A DNA stretch of 64,000 nt, taken from contig NW_027266330.1 of NCBI RefSeq assembly GCF_022045235.1, positions 46,066,001 through 46,130,000 on the forward strand, written 5' to 3'. The notes under the pieces are model-generated. The model made no database searches and was not told where the DNA came from. It was given only the letters and a program-made list of their open reading frames with translations. Of the stretch, positions 49,549 to 63,150 are shown in pieces. How positions within the stretch are numbered: position 1 is the first letter of the stretch; each line of letters starts with the position of its first letter. Made by a program: the position numbers and the translations under genes. This stretch comes from Haliotis cracherodii (taxonomy: Eukaryota).

Positions 49549-50901
49549 TTTATGTTGACTGGTAGGTTTGTCAACAGTTCACTGATCACAGCCGTTTTCT
49601 TTATCAATTTGTACAACCACGTGGGTGTCGTGTCTACAACGAGATTATGAAAATGACATTCCTAAGTCAGACACAATTGGAGCATGTGCGAGCAATTAAA
49701 TCACACCTTGTATCATGAATGCAATCTCAATTTGATTTGTATAGTTTAAACATATTCTATTCAGATTGAAATGGATTGGGAACAAGTTATCCAACTTAGG
49801 ACTCACTATCCATGGTATTTTCAGAAGCTTGTACAGTAAATCATATACAGGGAAAACAGAAAAGAAGATGAGTGTATAGTTAACAAAAGAAATGTACCAA
49901 AGAGAGACAAGTATATTAACACTAAAGTGTTACCCAAATCTCTTTGTATGACTTAAAAACATTTACACTGCCTTAAAGATATATTGATTTTCGATAATGG
50001 ACAAACATTCATTTCCGTTTAACATCAAACTTAAATCTAATTTAACATTTTTATTCACGGTGTTCTGCAAAATGTCTCGAATTATTATTAACATAGATTT
50101 TCTTTGGTGGACACTCTAATCAATAATGAAATGCGTTTTCACATGGATTACCTCATTGACATATTGGATCACATTTCATCTCTATTCTGCAGAAATCATA
50201 ATTTAACTGGCTTTTCATGTATCTTAATCGAGTATGATAAATATTCAACTTTCTAACACCATAGGAAAATATGGAGGGGCAATAACTTGCTCTTTTTGTA
50301 TGTTTGTCTTGAATTTGGATGCATATGTACAATTTCTACCTGCTGCAGGAATAGTTTTCCATAACCTTACAGTTGGTGGATTGTATTGAGTTTGATTTGT
50401 ATTCACCAAACCTACTAGAAACACCTCACCGTGCAATGAAAAATGAAAGTCGAGAGGAGCTCCATTGAGCTACTATTCAAGTGACCGTCATGCAAATTGT
50501 TGTGTTTACACGGTTTCATCGCTACAAAGTAGTGCTACACTAATAAACTGAAACTCAAAATCCTCTTATCCAAGAAAGGTTTCCCACTTTTGAGAACATC
50601 TACGTTTCCAAAATGGTATGGCAAGGGCCACGACATACTAATTCTCAGTGCCTGGTTTCGATCTAGATCCATGGGGTTCGCGAAAGTTACTTGTCCCTGT
50701 TGAACGAACAGGAGGAGGGATGGACAAAAGACCGACAAACCGACAGGCGGAATCCAAGGCTTTATATCTCCGTGTGGCTCGGGATAATGGACAAAACATA
50801 TAATGGGCAATATGAATCCAATCAACTATACGTCTTTATTTGCTTGCATTATACTAACCTTTTATAGATCGTATTACCTTATCTATTTACGTAGGTGTAT
50901 T

Positions 50902-51073
50902 TAGTGAGTGAGCGAGTGAGTATGGTTTTACGCCGCTTTTAGCAATATTCCAGCAATATCACGGCGGGGAACACCAGAAATGGGCTTCACGCATTGTACC
51001 TATGTCGGGAATCGAACCCGGGTCTTCGGCGATACGAGCGAACGCTTTAACCGCTAGGCTACCCCACCGCCCC
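50902..51073 (-). mobile_element. SINE family A copy
   Basis: Reverse complement of family A. Confidence 0.85.
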
Positions 51074-51694
51074 AGGTGTCACCCCAAGACACTGTCCAGG
51101 TAAATATTACAATTACACATCATTGAACCACATGGTTTGTTTTCAGTAGTAATTATATTGCAAGAGGGAATGCGTCAAAGTGCAAATAAAAATAACTTTT
51201 GAAATATGTGGATGATGTTAGTTCAAATTAATGTTCGGTTCCAAAGTGAATGAGTCATGTTTGTCACTATCGTGGTCATATCGAACTTTCATCCATGTGT
51301 GCACATTCAAGCATGAATTATTGACAAAATATTATGCACGTTTGTTTTACCAAAATGTCTGTTACTTAGTTGAATATGCATGTTTAGCAATCTCTAAACT
51401 GACCTAATCTAATTTCAGGTCATCACAGGGCATTGTTGCTACAATTGTTTCATGCATCATAATGAAAGTGGAGTGAATGTCATTTGATCATTGTGTTTTC
51501 CAGGTGATTGATCCTGGTAGTTTTCTATACCATCCTGTATAATTTTCAACAATTTTTGAAGCTGTAATTTTCAAATATCCAAGCACATAATTGCAAAGTT
51601 AAGGAGCATTTGTGTGGTACTCGTTCTCTTTGTTGCGTCCCCGAAAATCATATCAAGCAAGACCTCAGGTTATAATGTGCATCACATGCCAGTA

Positions 51695-51950
51695 GATCCG
51701 GGGTAGAATAGGTCTTCATGAACACGTGCTTGCCGTAAAAGGCGACTATGTTTGTCGTAAGAGGCGACTAACGGGGTCAGGTGGTCAGGCTCGCGAACTT
51801 GGTTGATGCATGTCATCGTATCCCAATTGCGTGGACCGATGCTCATGATGTCAATCACTGGACACTCTCGTCCAGACTCGATTATTTACAGACCGCCATC
51901 ATATAGCAGGATTATTGCTAAGTGCGGCGTTAAACAACAAACAATCAACC
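51695..51950 (+). mobile_element. Family D copy
   Basis: Near full-length match. Confidence 0.78.
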
Positions 51951-54038
51951 ACCTGCTAGTATATGACAACACCCTTGATGATCTTGTTGATTGCCTGCTG
52001 ACTCTGTCTCACTGTCCGTGTTACAATATGATGAACCACAAATGCAAAGCTTGCCATGGCTAATGTCTGGCGTTCATCCCCACAAAGTGTCCCCGCCATA
52101 AGGCTGAATATCATCACTCACTCACAACGGAAATTATATCAACCTGATTTAAGAGCAGTTGCAGAAGAACTTTTTCCAAACAATAGATCTACATGATCTC
52201 CCACGCGTGAAGATCCGGGTCAGATTCGACCTTCAGCAACCAATGCTTGTCTGTACAGGTGAATGAAGGAGTAAGCAGATACTCCAAAACGTTCTGTCCT
52301 CATACTAAAGAAGTTGACATCGATATATTCTCTTCCTTATGTGTATCACTTCTTAATGCCTTCAAAGACTTGTTAGATTCAATCCATTTCCGTCTCAGTT
52401 TAGACGGATTAAAGTTTTAAGATGTTTAACGTAGTCTTTTTTTTAAACTGAGGAGCAAAAGACGCTATACATCTCAGTTGATTTTATCATACGCTTCATT
52501 TTTAGTTGAAAATAGATTTAGTTAAGGATATTATGTCCAAAGAGGAAACTTTACTGGCGCTTAGTCGGCACTCAAGAATACTACCACATGGTTTTATTAT
52601 TTTTAATATTATTTTGATTTAAAACTGTTAAACAAATTACAAATAGCATAATACACAGCTGCTGATGGGTATCTTAGACATCTTATCTTTGAAAAATAAA
52701 TTTAATTTTTTTTAGGCACACATTTATTACATTTCAATCATGGTAGTTGTCATGTAGTTGCAAACAAAGGAATGAGAGATGGTTAAATAGACACAAACAA
52801 ATTTAACAAATTCTTTCAATTTTAAATTACACAAAAAGCAAACGCGGTATACTTACTTTTGTCCCCCAGTTCATTAGGTTTAAATCGGGTCATGCAAAGT
52901 GGATTTCCCCGTGAGGCTAGGAAAACTGTTCCGAAATGTGGAATACATATGTCGATCGCGAATTAGAGAAAGATTTCTACATGATAACATACAGGGTTTG
53001 TGCTGCGAACAAAAGGTTTTGTTGGATTTGGCAGAATGTCGGCTCTACTCTATGTGAGATGTAACAAGATGTCTTGCTGTCCTTTATTGCAGGTTTTTGT
53101 GGATCATTTATTCTAATCATAATTACCGCGATTACAACACCTTTTGTGGGAAAGTTATCAAATTATTTTGATGTGAGTGCGCGAACAAGTTTAACTCCGC
53201 TTTGAACAGTACTTATCACGGCAAGTCATCTTGATTGGAGAGGAAAGCCTGAAGTGTGGCAGTTTTCAGATGTTAACCACTTTGTGTAGAAATTAACAGA
53301 AATCGTTGCTGAAAATCGACTGAATAACAGGAAGCGTTGTTGATGAATGATTTGTAAAACCTGAACACCTTCGTGTAAATTACGGAAAGATGCGAGTTGT
53401 GACGAAGAGCGAGTGAGAGAATTAAGGGGACATAACTCTGTTGAACATGTACTCTACATATTGTTCCATGAAGATCCTCTCAGGTTTTTGAGGAAAGTAC
53501 ATTTGACAATACATTTGTCATGCTAATCAGCGGTTTGACCAGATGGACAACTCCTACTGAATAACAGTTTTAAAAATATTGTCTCACCTTTTGCAATATT
53601 CTAGCAATATCTCAAGATATATTATTAGTTTGACTTTTACCCTTGCTTCAAACATACGACATTCGTACCGGCGAGGCGGTCACCAAATCAATTGTTAGCT
53701 ACATACCAGCAAATGTTATTGTGTTTTGAAACCTGTGGTTCGTCTCCTACATTAAACCCAACACACTCACTCACTCATTCTGATTGACCTTTTGAAACCA
53801 AGTATATCCAAAGCCACGGTGCCACAGTGAGATTGGTGTGTGAGCTTTACCCCGCTTTATGCAATATTCAACCCGTATCACATCGGGGGAAACCAAAACT
53901 TGGCTTGTCACATAACACCCATCCTGGAATAGAACCTTCTGCATGCGAACCAACACTGTTACCAATGGGCTATCCCACTGCAACCACATAGAACAGATAT
54001 TGACAACACGACGTCATACTTCTTACACAACCGACACA

Positions 54039-54044
54039 TTTATT
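54039..54044 (-). terminator. Candidate polyA signal AATAAA of the DUF885 gene
   Basis: tttatt about 70 nt past the stop codon at 54116. Confidence 0.45.
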
Positions 54045-54115
54045 TACAACAGACAAAGATTTTCTACCATGATACAAAACACTGTACACTGCACAGAACA
54101 TAAACATCATCAATA

Positions 54116-57100
54116 TTATCTGTTTGCAAGCAATAAAACTATTGTTATACTAGTCGTGAGGACAGAATTATATGTGTACATAACCGCAGACGACAACACA
54201 GGAATGGTGACTATTTTCTCATCAAGGAGCTCTGAGTCTATCCAGTCATGAACTTCCTCCTGTAGAATGTCAAGGGGGACGCTCCCGAGCTTCAAGACCA
54301 CATGATGAAAGTCCCGGATGTTGAACTTCCGGCCTAGACAGAAATAAATATGAGCATATTACAGATGACTCAAATGTTGGATTCTAGATTAGACAAAACT
54401 GTGAGCGATAGCATGATCACCGATCCCGACAAGCCGTCTGAAACAGGTCAGGTTAGACATCCTGACCCGTCAAACCCCCTGGTTGTTGTGATTTTGCCAA
54501 ATGTCAAAACACTCTTACAGTTGGTTGTTTGGTTGTTGTGTTGTTTAACGCCGCACCCAGCAATATTCCAGCTGTATGACGGCGGTCTGTAAATAATCGA
54601 ATCTGGACTAGACAATCCAGTGATTGATATCTTGAGCATCGATCCACGCAATTGGGATCAATGACATGCATCAACCAAGTCAGCGAGCCTGACCACCCGA
54701 TCCCGTTAGTCGCCTCTTACGACAAACATGGTCGCCTTTTGCAGTAAGCATGGGTTGCTGAAGACCTATTCTACCCCGGATCTTCATTGGTCCACTCTTA
54801 CAGGACATCATTGAGCGACACCCAAAGGTTGGAATATCCAAAGTAACACATGGCCTTATTACGTAACAATGGATTTTCCTTTCTGTAAAGGACACCAGTG
54901 TCAACACTACCAGTTACATGTAGGTCTTGCGCATAGACAAGAAAAATATGCGCCTAAAACAGCTAAACAGTATAAGCCTCTTTAGTGCTTCTTGACCAGC
55001 CTCAACACATTTCCAACGTAAAGGATGCCTTTCTATTTTGGATAAATATGTCTGCAGAGTGACAAGCATTGTTTTCCATGATTTGACTTAGGAAAATTAC
55101 CAGGCATATATCAAACTAGCCAAATCTTATGTTGGCGCCATTCCTTTCGGTCCAGACACTTACCGAGCCTCGTTTCCGCTTCCTGTCTCAATTTCTTTAT
55201 TTTGATCTCCCCGACCTTGTAGGAGCAGGCTTGGCCCGGCCACGTGATGTATCGGTCAACCTCGGACTGGATCTGACTGTCTGGAAAGTCGCTGTAATTG
55301 GTCAGGAAGCGAATTGCACGATCACGTGACCATCTGTAGAACATAAAAGATTGATGTTACAGGGATAAAACAGTTCAATGCCCCGCCAAACCTGCCGCTA
55401 TTGTGTATGTTTCTAACGAATCGACATATTCCAGAGGCAATCACTTTTATAGTCAGTTAACTCCCTTGCCGTTAATGCAGAAAAATTATGTGCTCCGATG
55501 GTGTTAAACTATTCGACGAGCAAAGTGGGGATTCAATTTAAAAACTGGTCCGCAGTTACGTTTGCTTGTCGTGGGAGTCTACGAGGTTAATTCAGGTGAG
55601 TCAGAATCTGTGATTTAACTGGTGGTGTTCATCTTTTAATCAATAGTTTGCCTGACCCAGAATGAATTTATTTTAAGCGGTATTCTTTGCCAGGCAAACC
55701 AGTGCTTCGTAGCATGAGAACCGATGCATGCCTTCAGAGTACGACGAAACACAATCTGTCACCTACACAATGGAACAACCCTGCCCCGAGTAAGGCGGGT
55801 TACCAATAAAAGCGCCCTTCAAACTTATGGAGCAACAAATTGTCATCTTCTTCAGAGGTTTGACTAAAAGGACAAAGGCACATTTTACCTGGGCTGCACG
55901 TTTTAAGCCCCCTCGTTATTTAGCCCTTATAACCCTTTTTTGCCCATGGTATTAAAATAAATTGAAACATTGATTGATCTCCCTTGTTGGATTTTCTTTA
56001 ACAAGTGTTGTGCCACGCTTCTATATATATGGTCAGTTTGCATCTATACTGCCCTTAAGCTTTCCTAGAGGTTTCCACATTCACAAGTCATATTGGACCC
56101 CTCACGCAGGCGCATTCTGGAGACTCAGTGGGACACTTTAAACGCATAGGACAGATACGCATAACTGCGATATTGTTTTGTTGTTACTTTTTTTCATCTG
56201 TAATTTCAATTTTGAACGTAGTCTTGTTGAAAAGGAAACATGTCTTATGTTAAAGTGTTTCTCATTCCATTTGTTGGTATTGTTTCATTACACGTGGGAT
56301 ATTCATTCTTTCTATCATGCTTTTGTCCTTTTTCGTTTTTAAGCACTGGGCTTAAATTTGAACTCAATCAAAACCGGCAAAATCCTTAATTAAGCCCAGG
56401 GCTTAAAAACGTGTCGTCCCGGTATGTCATCACTCACCGTGACGAGGGATGCCAACGATAAATGCTTACTCTACTGTTGGACAAACGTCCATACAGTTCA
56501 CCAGGGAGTGAAACGTCCGTAAAATATACATACTGTCATTATATATTTAGTGAGTTAGTGAGTTTGATTTTACGCCGCCTTTAGCAATATTCCAGCAATA
56601 TCACGGCGGGGGGACACCAGAAATGAGCTTCACACATTGTACCCATGTCGGGAATCGAACCGGGTTTTCGGCGTGATGAGCGAACGCTTTAACCACTAGG
56701 CTACCCGACCGCCCCTTATACTTTCAGCAATTTGTTACACGCAGCATGGCTGTGGATATTTACGAGTGAGTATTGCGTTGTGCCGTCCTTCGCAATGTAA
56801 CAGTAATATCACGAAGGGGACACCAGAAATAGCGAAATAGAATGTCTGGGTAAACAGAGTTAAGTACCGACTAAGGGACAACTTTGGCCAAAGGAAGTCT
56901 CTTTCCGGCATTTGGTTATTTCAAACAAATTAAAGGAAACGAGTTATCCCCTTGAATATACAAAAGTTCGACAAGGAAATCGTCCTGAAGAGTTTCTGGC
57001 TTGATGGGTTCCACTGTATGAGTGTCACTACACAGCTGTCAACTCACCCAAACGCGTGAATGCCAGTATCCACCACAAGACGACAGGCACGGAATATCTC

Positions 57101-60100
57101 GGAACAGTATCTGCCAAAGCTGAAAGTAAGAAGAAAAGTTAAATAGAAACCAAATTGGAACTCCCACATGGGAGATTATAATAACACCTGAATGTAACAC
57201 TACGTCCGTACATGGACTACGACGTCTGTGGATGGTGTTTAAGGCCGCTGTACCCAATATTCCAGCCGTACCACGCCGCTCTTTAAATAATCGAATCATG
57301 ACCAGACAAACCAGTGATTGATATTATGAACAACGTACCACGCCCTCGCGGTACGACAAGATCCTCATTAGTCGATCCTCATGAGGGCGGGTATAAAAGA
57401 TACATTCTGCCCCGAAATCCACAATAGGCACAGTAGGCAAATAATGAGAAAATTAATCCAGGATGTATTTTCTATTAGAAAGTCTTGGAGGGTATTGCCT
57501 CTGGCCATAATTCGATAATAAAGTCCGTTTGTCACATAGCCACATGTTGCATGGCGATTAATGGCATCTCTGAATGACACGTTTTTAATTTGCAACGTAT
57601 CAATTCAGGGGAGATAACTCCGATAGCCTTATGGTATGGATTGAATGCGTTGTTTGAGAAGAGCCACGATGAACAGTTCAACAAGGAGGTCGTAGAATTA
57701 GGTATGATTTGTTTTAGGAGGCACGCAGAAGAAATCACGCTACGTCACTCCTGCCTTTTACAATTAAACGAATCTGAACAGACACACCAGTGACTGATAT
57801 TATGAGCAACACTCCACGCCGTCGCAGAACGATGACAGATAGTCAGGCATCCGGCAATCAACCAAGTCAGCGATCCAATTAAGTCGCCTCTGAGGACAAG
57901 TCCTGGGAACGTATCATAACTTGGACCCCACCAAGTTGTCAGGGTGTGTGTGAGGGGGGTGGGATGGTTACGCCCTACCACGAAATATTCAAGCTAAATG
58001 AACTGTTTGATTGTTTGTTTCTTGTTCTTGCCGCATTATTCCGGCTTTATGGCGGTTTGAGTCTGGACCAGACAATCATGTAACTGATATCATGAGCATC
58101 AATCCACGCAATTAGGATACGATGACGTGCATCAGCCAATTGGATAGTGTATATACGTTGAAGATATTGATAACATTGACCTCCGCGACCGGGGTAGGAT
58201 GACACACTCATGAAGTCATTGGCCGCCACGAAGATGTCGCAGCGCAATGCGTGTCGGTTTCCATACAGATAATCATCAAATGATTTTGAAATGGTGTCAT
58301 TTTCATCTGACCCTGTGTCATGGCTCTAGGTTTTATTAAATTATTGAGCATTACTTTGAAGAGATAATTAGTTTGAACTTACAGATCATAGGGCGAGTCG
58401 TACAAGCCCATCTCCTCTCCGAGGTATTCAGCATAGAGCGCCCAGCCCTGCAACAAGGAACATGGTCACAGATCACAGACAGTCATGTCTGTAAATTACT
58501 TGCAGCAGAAAAGGACCACAGTGCCCAGGAGTGTCGTTGAGCCAGAAAAGAAAGTTTGATAGATTGACTGTTTGTTTGTTGTTTAACGCCGCACTCATCA
58601 ATATTCCAACTATATGACGGCAGTCTGTAAATATTCGAGCCTTAACCATACAATCCAGCATCGATCTACGCAATTGGGATACGATAACATTCATCAACCA
58701 AGTCAGCGATCCCGTTAATCGCCTCTTACAACAAGCATAATCGCCTTTTACGGCAAGCATAGGTCGCTGAAGACCTATTCTACGCCGGATATTCACGGGT
58801 CGCTAGACCGACTGACTTTTTATGGCCACAATGAGCAATACCAATGATGTATCGCGGCCGCCTGTAAGTAACCCAGTCCGGGACAGACAAACCAGCGGTC
58901 GATGACATAAGCTACGATCCACCTGGTCGGGTACGATTACCAACAATCACCAAGGTAACCACCCGATCCTCATCTCTGCCTATTCTGACCCGGGATACAA
59001 ACGTGAAATTGCTAAAGTGTAACTTATATCAGATAAAGTATACTTATATCGAAAAAAAATACGTTTCTGACAGTCTATCAACTTCGTGTTTAGCGCACCG
59101 ATTACTACAAATGTACTACGGAGTAGAACTCACCTCTGCGTACGCGCTGTATATGGGGAAATGGAATGGTACCGAGTACAGCTTGCTGTTGAGTGTCTCC
59201 GCCCTGTAGTCGGGGATGCCATGCATGCTGGAGTAGGCGTCCTGGAAGTGATGCCCCGGGTCCGTCTCGTGCAGCGCCAGCGGCAGCATCATGAACGTCG
59301 ATCTACAATGACGAGTATGATATATCAGTTACACACCATTGCATCTGCAATCAATGACAAAGCTTTCTCAACACTTCTTGGTTAACGGACTTTGTGAAAT
59401 ATCCTGATGGGTAGTTGGACAAAAATATAAATGATGTCGGAACATATGTTGTGTCCTTCAACACATCAGCAGAATAAGAGGCGGTATGTGCAGCATGTTT
59501 TGTTAGCTTTGATTGTTTTCAAAGCCATTATAACCTCCAGTCTTGCTGTTAACTGTCTTAACTGCCGGGGTGAACTAAGTATGCTATTATGTCAAATGTT
59601 GGCTAAAAATGAATTCAGCATATGTGGTGTTGATACCGCATGTAGTACGGACGTGACGCAACATAGCGTCATGTCTAGGACATAGTATAGTATGAACGTG
59701 ACACGAAGTGGTGTTATGTGTAGTACGGACGTAACGCAACATAGCATCATGTCTAGGACATAGTATAGTATGAATGTGACACGAAGTGGTGTTATGTGTA
59801 GTATGTGTAGTTGGAAAGTGACACTACATGTGTAGTGGGGACGTGACAAGGCATATTGTCGGGAATAGTAGGGACGTGACAAGGCATATTGTCGGGAATA
59901 GTGGGGACGTGACAAGGCATATTGTCGGAAATAGTGGGGACGTGACAAGGCATAACGTTGGGAATAGTAGGGACGTGACATGGCATAACGTTGGGAATAG
60001 TAGGGACGTGACAAGGCATATTGTCGGGAATAGTAGAGACGTGACATATTGTCGGGAATAGTAAGGACGTGACAAGGCATATTGTCGGGAATGATGGGGA

Positions 60101-62348
60101 CGTGACAAGGCATATTGTCGGGAATAGTCGGGACGTGACATTTTGTTGGGAATAGTAAGGACGTGACAAATTGTCGGGGGGTAGTAGGGGCGTAATAAGA
60201 CATATCGGGAATATTGGGTACGTGGCATGGCATAACGTCTGGAATAGTAGAAACGTGACATGGCATTACGTCGGGAATTGTAGGGACGTGACATGGCATA
60301 ACGTCGGGAATAGTAGGGACGTGACATGGCATAACGTCGGGAATAGTGGGGACGTGACAAGGCATATTGTCGGAAATAGTGGGGACGTGACAAGGCATAA
60401 CGTTGGGAATAGTAGGGACGTGACATGGCATAACGTTGGGAATAGTAGGGACGTGACAAGGCATATTGTCGGGAATAGTAGAGACGTGACATATTGTTGG
60501 GAATAGTAAGGACGTGACAAATTGTCGGGGGATAGTAGGGGCGTAACAAGACATATCGGGAATATTGGGTACGTGGCATGGCATAACGTCTGAAATAGTA
60601 GAAACGTGACATGGCATTACGTCGGGAATTGTAGGGACGTGACATGGCATAACGTCGGGAATAGTAGGGACGTGACATGGCATAACGTCGGGAATAGTAG
60701 GGACGTGGCATGGCATAACGTCGGGAATAGTAGGGACGTGACATGGCATAACGTCGGGAATAGTAGGGACGTGACATGGCATAACGTTGGGAATAGTAGG
60801 GACGTGACATGGCATAACGTTGGGAATAGTAGGGACGTGACATGGCATAACGTCGGGAATAGTAGAGACGTGACATATTGTCGGCAATAGTAAGGACGTG
60901 ACATATTGTCGGGGGATAGTAGGGGCGTGACAAGGCATATCGGGAATATTGAGGACATATCGGGAATAGTAGGGACGTGACATATTGTCGGGGATAGTAG
61001 GGACGTGACACAGTGTCGGGAATAGTGGGGATGTGATATGACATATCATCGGGAAAAGTAGTGACGTGACATATTGTCGAGAATAGTAGGAACGTGACAT
61101 ATTGTCGGGGACAAACTGCCGACGGTGGTGGTCAGATGGAGAACTAAACACGAAGCATAACCATCTTACCGTTTCTGAGGTTCTTTGAGGTTGGCGTAGA
61201 AGACATTCTGCCCGTACGATCCCCACGGGCCGTCTGTGTCAACAGGCACGATGCTGAAACAGAACAGGTTTTATGTAAGCCAGGTCCTGTGAAACCAACC
61301 GTTATATAACCCGCAATTATCCTACCGTATATCATTTCTAATAAACGCTAATATTTGGTCATACATTGACAAAGTGCCTGACCCCGAATACGCGCATATG
61401 AGAAGTCAACACGTGCATTGGTCTAAATCAAAAGACAGTCCCACTATATAACTTCTCAGTATACGGCTCTATCCCTTTTCCAATGAACATTTTTACAGCA
61501 ATTTCAAACTTTTCTCAATTTCCTCAATTTCATTAAAATCAGATCTTAGTTCTCGCTGCCGCGGCACAAAGATCTGAGGACATCCAATTAAGGGTCACGA
61601 CCTTTCGCGAACTCTGACCGACCAATGGAATTACTGACAAGAAGTCGACATTAGCCAATCAGAAGGCAGCTTTCTCGTGCTTTACAGCACTAATTTCAAA
61701 TTGGCGACTACGCTTCGAAACGTATTTTGACAAATTCTTAAAAAATTAAAATTTGAAAACTGAACAAAAGAACATTCTCGAAGGGCTAATATATGGTCTA
61801 AATTGTATAGATTCAGGCGTTAAGCCCGTAACTATCGTTCAGAATACTCCGTTTTAAAGTTTTCGGGGCTGCATGATTAGAAATCACATTCCGACTGTCA
61901 CTTTCATGATCTGCTAAGCGACGCTCTCATTGGTCGGATGAAAGGTCGTTCTGACGTGACCCCTAATGGGATGTCCTCAGATCTTTGTTTAGCGGTAGCG
62001 AGAACTATGATCTGATTGAATGAGATTGAAGTTTCCTTAAATATACCCCAACAATAAAACTACATGTATATGTTGTAACACTGAGCCAACGCTATAATTA
62101 AGTATTACAAAGAAACAAATGGTATCGTTTCCAAATCAGAACAATATAAGTACTAGGCTCCATATCAGAGCGTGCTACCTGATTCACCATGGTACAGATC
62201 TGTCGAGCATGATGGACGACGATGTCACTGTTCGGAGTTATTGCATTACTCACGTGAGAGCCGGAAGTGATATGTTTCTGAACATAAACTGTAGCCGAGG
62301 CAGAATCTTCTTTGTGATGAGGAAGTGATATCGATGCAGCAGCTCCTC
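54116..62348 (-). CDS. DUF885-family (metallopeptidase-like) protein, 3' seven exons; join(62348-62254, 61253-61170, 59302-59134, 58447-58383, 57119-57048, 55333-55164, 54333-54116); 5' part not located
   Basis: All junctions are GT-AG and phase-compatible: EELLHRYHFLITKKILPRLQFMFRNISLPALT-IVPVDTDGPWGSYGQNVFYANLKEPQKR-STFMMLPLALHETDPGHHFQ...[59 protein letters not shown]...EVDRYITWPGQACSYKVGEIKIKKLR...G-RKFNIRDFHHVVLKLGSVPLDILQEEV... then a hydrophobic tail. Confidence 0.9.
54520..54790 (-). mobile_element. Family D copy
   Basis: Full-length match. Confidence 0.8.
55887..56424. mobile_element. TA-flanked MITE
   Basis: Imperfect TIRs TACCTGGGCTGCACGTTTTAAGCCC / GGGCTTAAAAACGTGTCGTCCCGGTA. 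Confidence 0.5.
56548..56715 (-). mobile_element. SINE family A copy
   Basis: Reverse complement of family A. Confidence 0.85.
59835..61110. repeat. 33/26-bp minisatellite with higher-order duplication (DUF885 intron)
   Basis: GTGACATGGCATAACGTCGGGAATAGTAGGGAC and shorter variants. Confidence 0.93.
61525..62028. mobile_element. Second copy of the 9-bp-TSD MITE, in a DUF885 intron
   Basis: Colinear with 1561-2047; flanks CAATTTCCT / AAGTTTCCT (7/9 match). Confidence 0.85.
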
Positions 62349-62624
62349 CTGTGAAGAAAACATTCCAAAATAGAAAAATATCTTTCTTTATCTAATTTTA
62401 GATATGTCTACGACAGTGTAAGTGGGAGATTGTTGCATTATGTGACTTTTAGGAGTGAAACATTAACTTCGTTGAAGGATCCAATCTAAAATATTTTGGC
62501 TAGCACTGAGAATAACACAGTGAAACTCGGTGTTCTTTTCCGAAAAGAAAAACACTTTTCTGGACAAGAACGTTCGTTTGTCTGTTTGTTCCTTATAACC
62601 GCACGCAGCAACATTCCAGCAGTT

Positions 62625-62887
62625 TGTTTGGTTTGTTTTTTGTTAAACGCCGCACTCAGCCATACTCCAGCTATATGACGACGGTCTGTAAATAATCGAA
62701 TTTTGACAATCCAGTGATTGACATCATGAGCATCGATCCACGCAATTGGGATACAATGACATGCTTCAACCAAGTCAGTGAGCTTGACCACCCGATCCCG
62801 TTAGTCACCTCTTACGACAAGCATAGTCGCCGTTTACGGCAAGCATGGGTTGCTGAAGAACTATTCTACCCCGGATCTTCACGGGTC
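62625..62887 (-). mobile_element. Short retroelement family D (about 260 bp, no tRNA head; RTE-5'UTR-like head)
   Basis: GACCCGTGAAGATCCGGGGTAGAATAG...TTGTCGTAAGAGGCGACTAACGGGATCGGGTGG...GCTGGAATATTGCTGAGTGCGGCGTTAAAC + (AAAC)n. Copies at about 13955-14148, 17462-17712, 18646-18910, 19474-19700, 36337-36755, 51695-51950, 54520-54790 and 58570-58800. Confidence 0.8.
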
Positions 62888-62934
62888 AGGTCCACTTGAA
62901 CACTATTATGAATATCACTAGGTCAACTTCAACA

Positions 62935-63150
62935 CCAATATGAATACCACTATGCACACCAATAGAAACACGATTATGAATACCACTAGGAACTCCACTA
63001 GGAACAACAATATGAATACCACTAGGAACACCATTATGAATACCACTAGGAACACCATTATGAATACCACCAGGAACTCCACTAGGAACACCATTATGAA
63101 TACCACCAGGAACTCCACTAGGAACACCAATATGAATACCAGTAGGAGCA
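62935..63150. repeat. 12/24/36-bp tandem repeat
   Basis: ATGAATACCACTAGGAACACCATT units. Confidence 0.85.

Noticed and set aside
59592-61226. 544-aa and 406-aa ORFs (MPCHVPTIPDV repeats)
   Set aside because: Translations of a 33-bp minisatellite inside a DUF885 intron; open in several frames on both strands.
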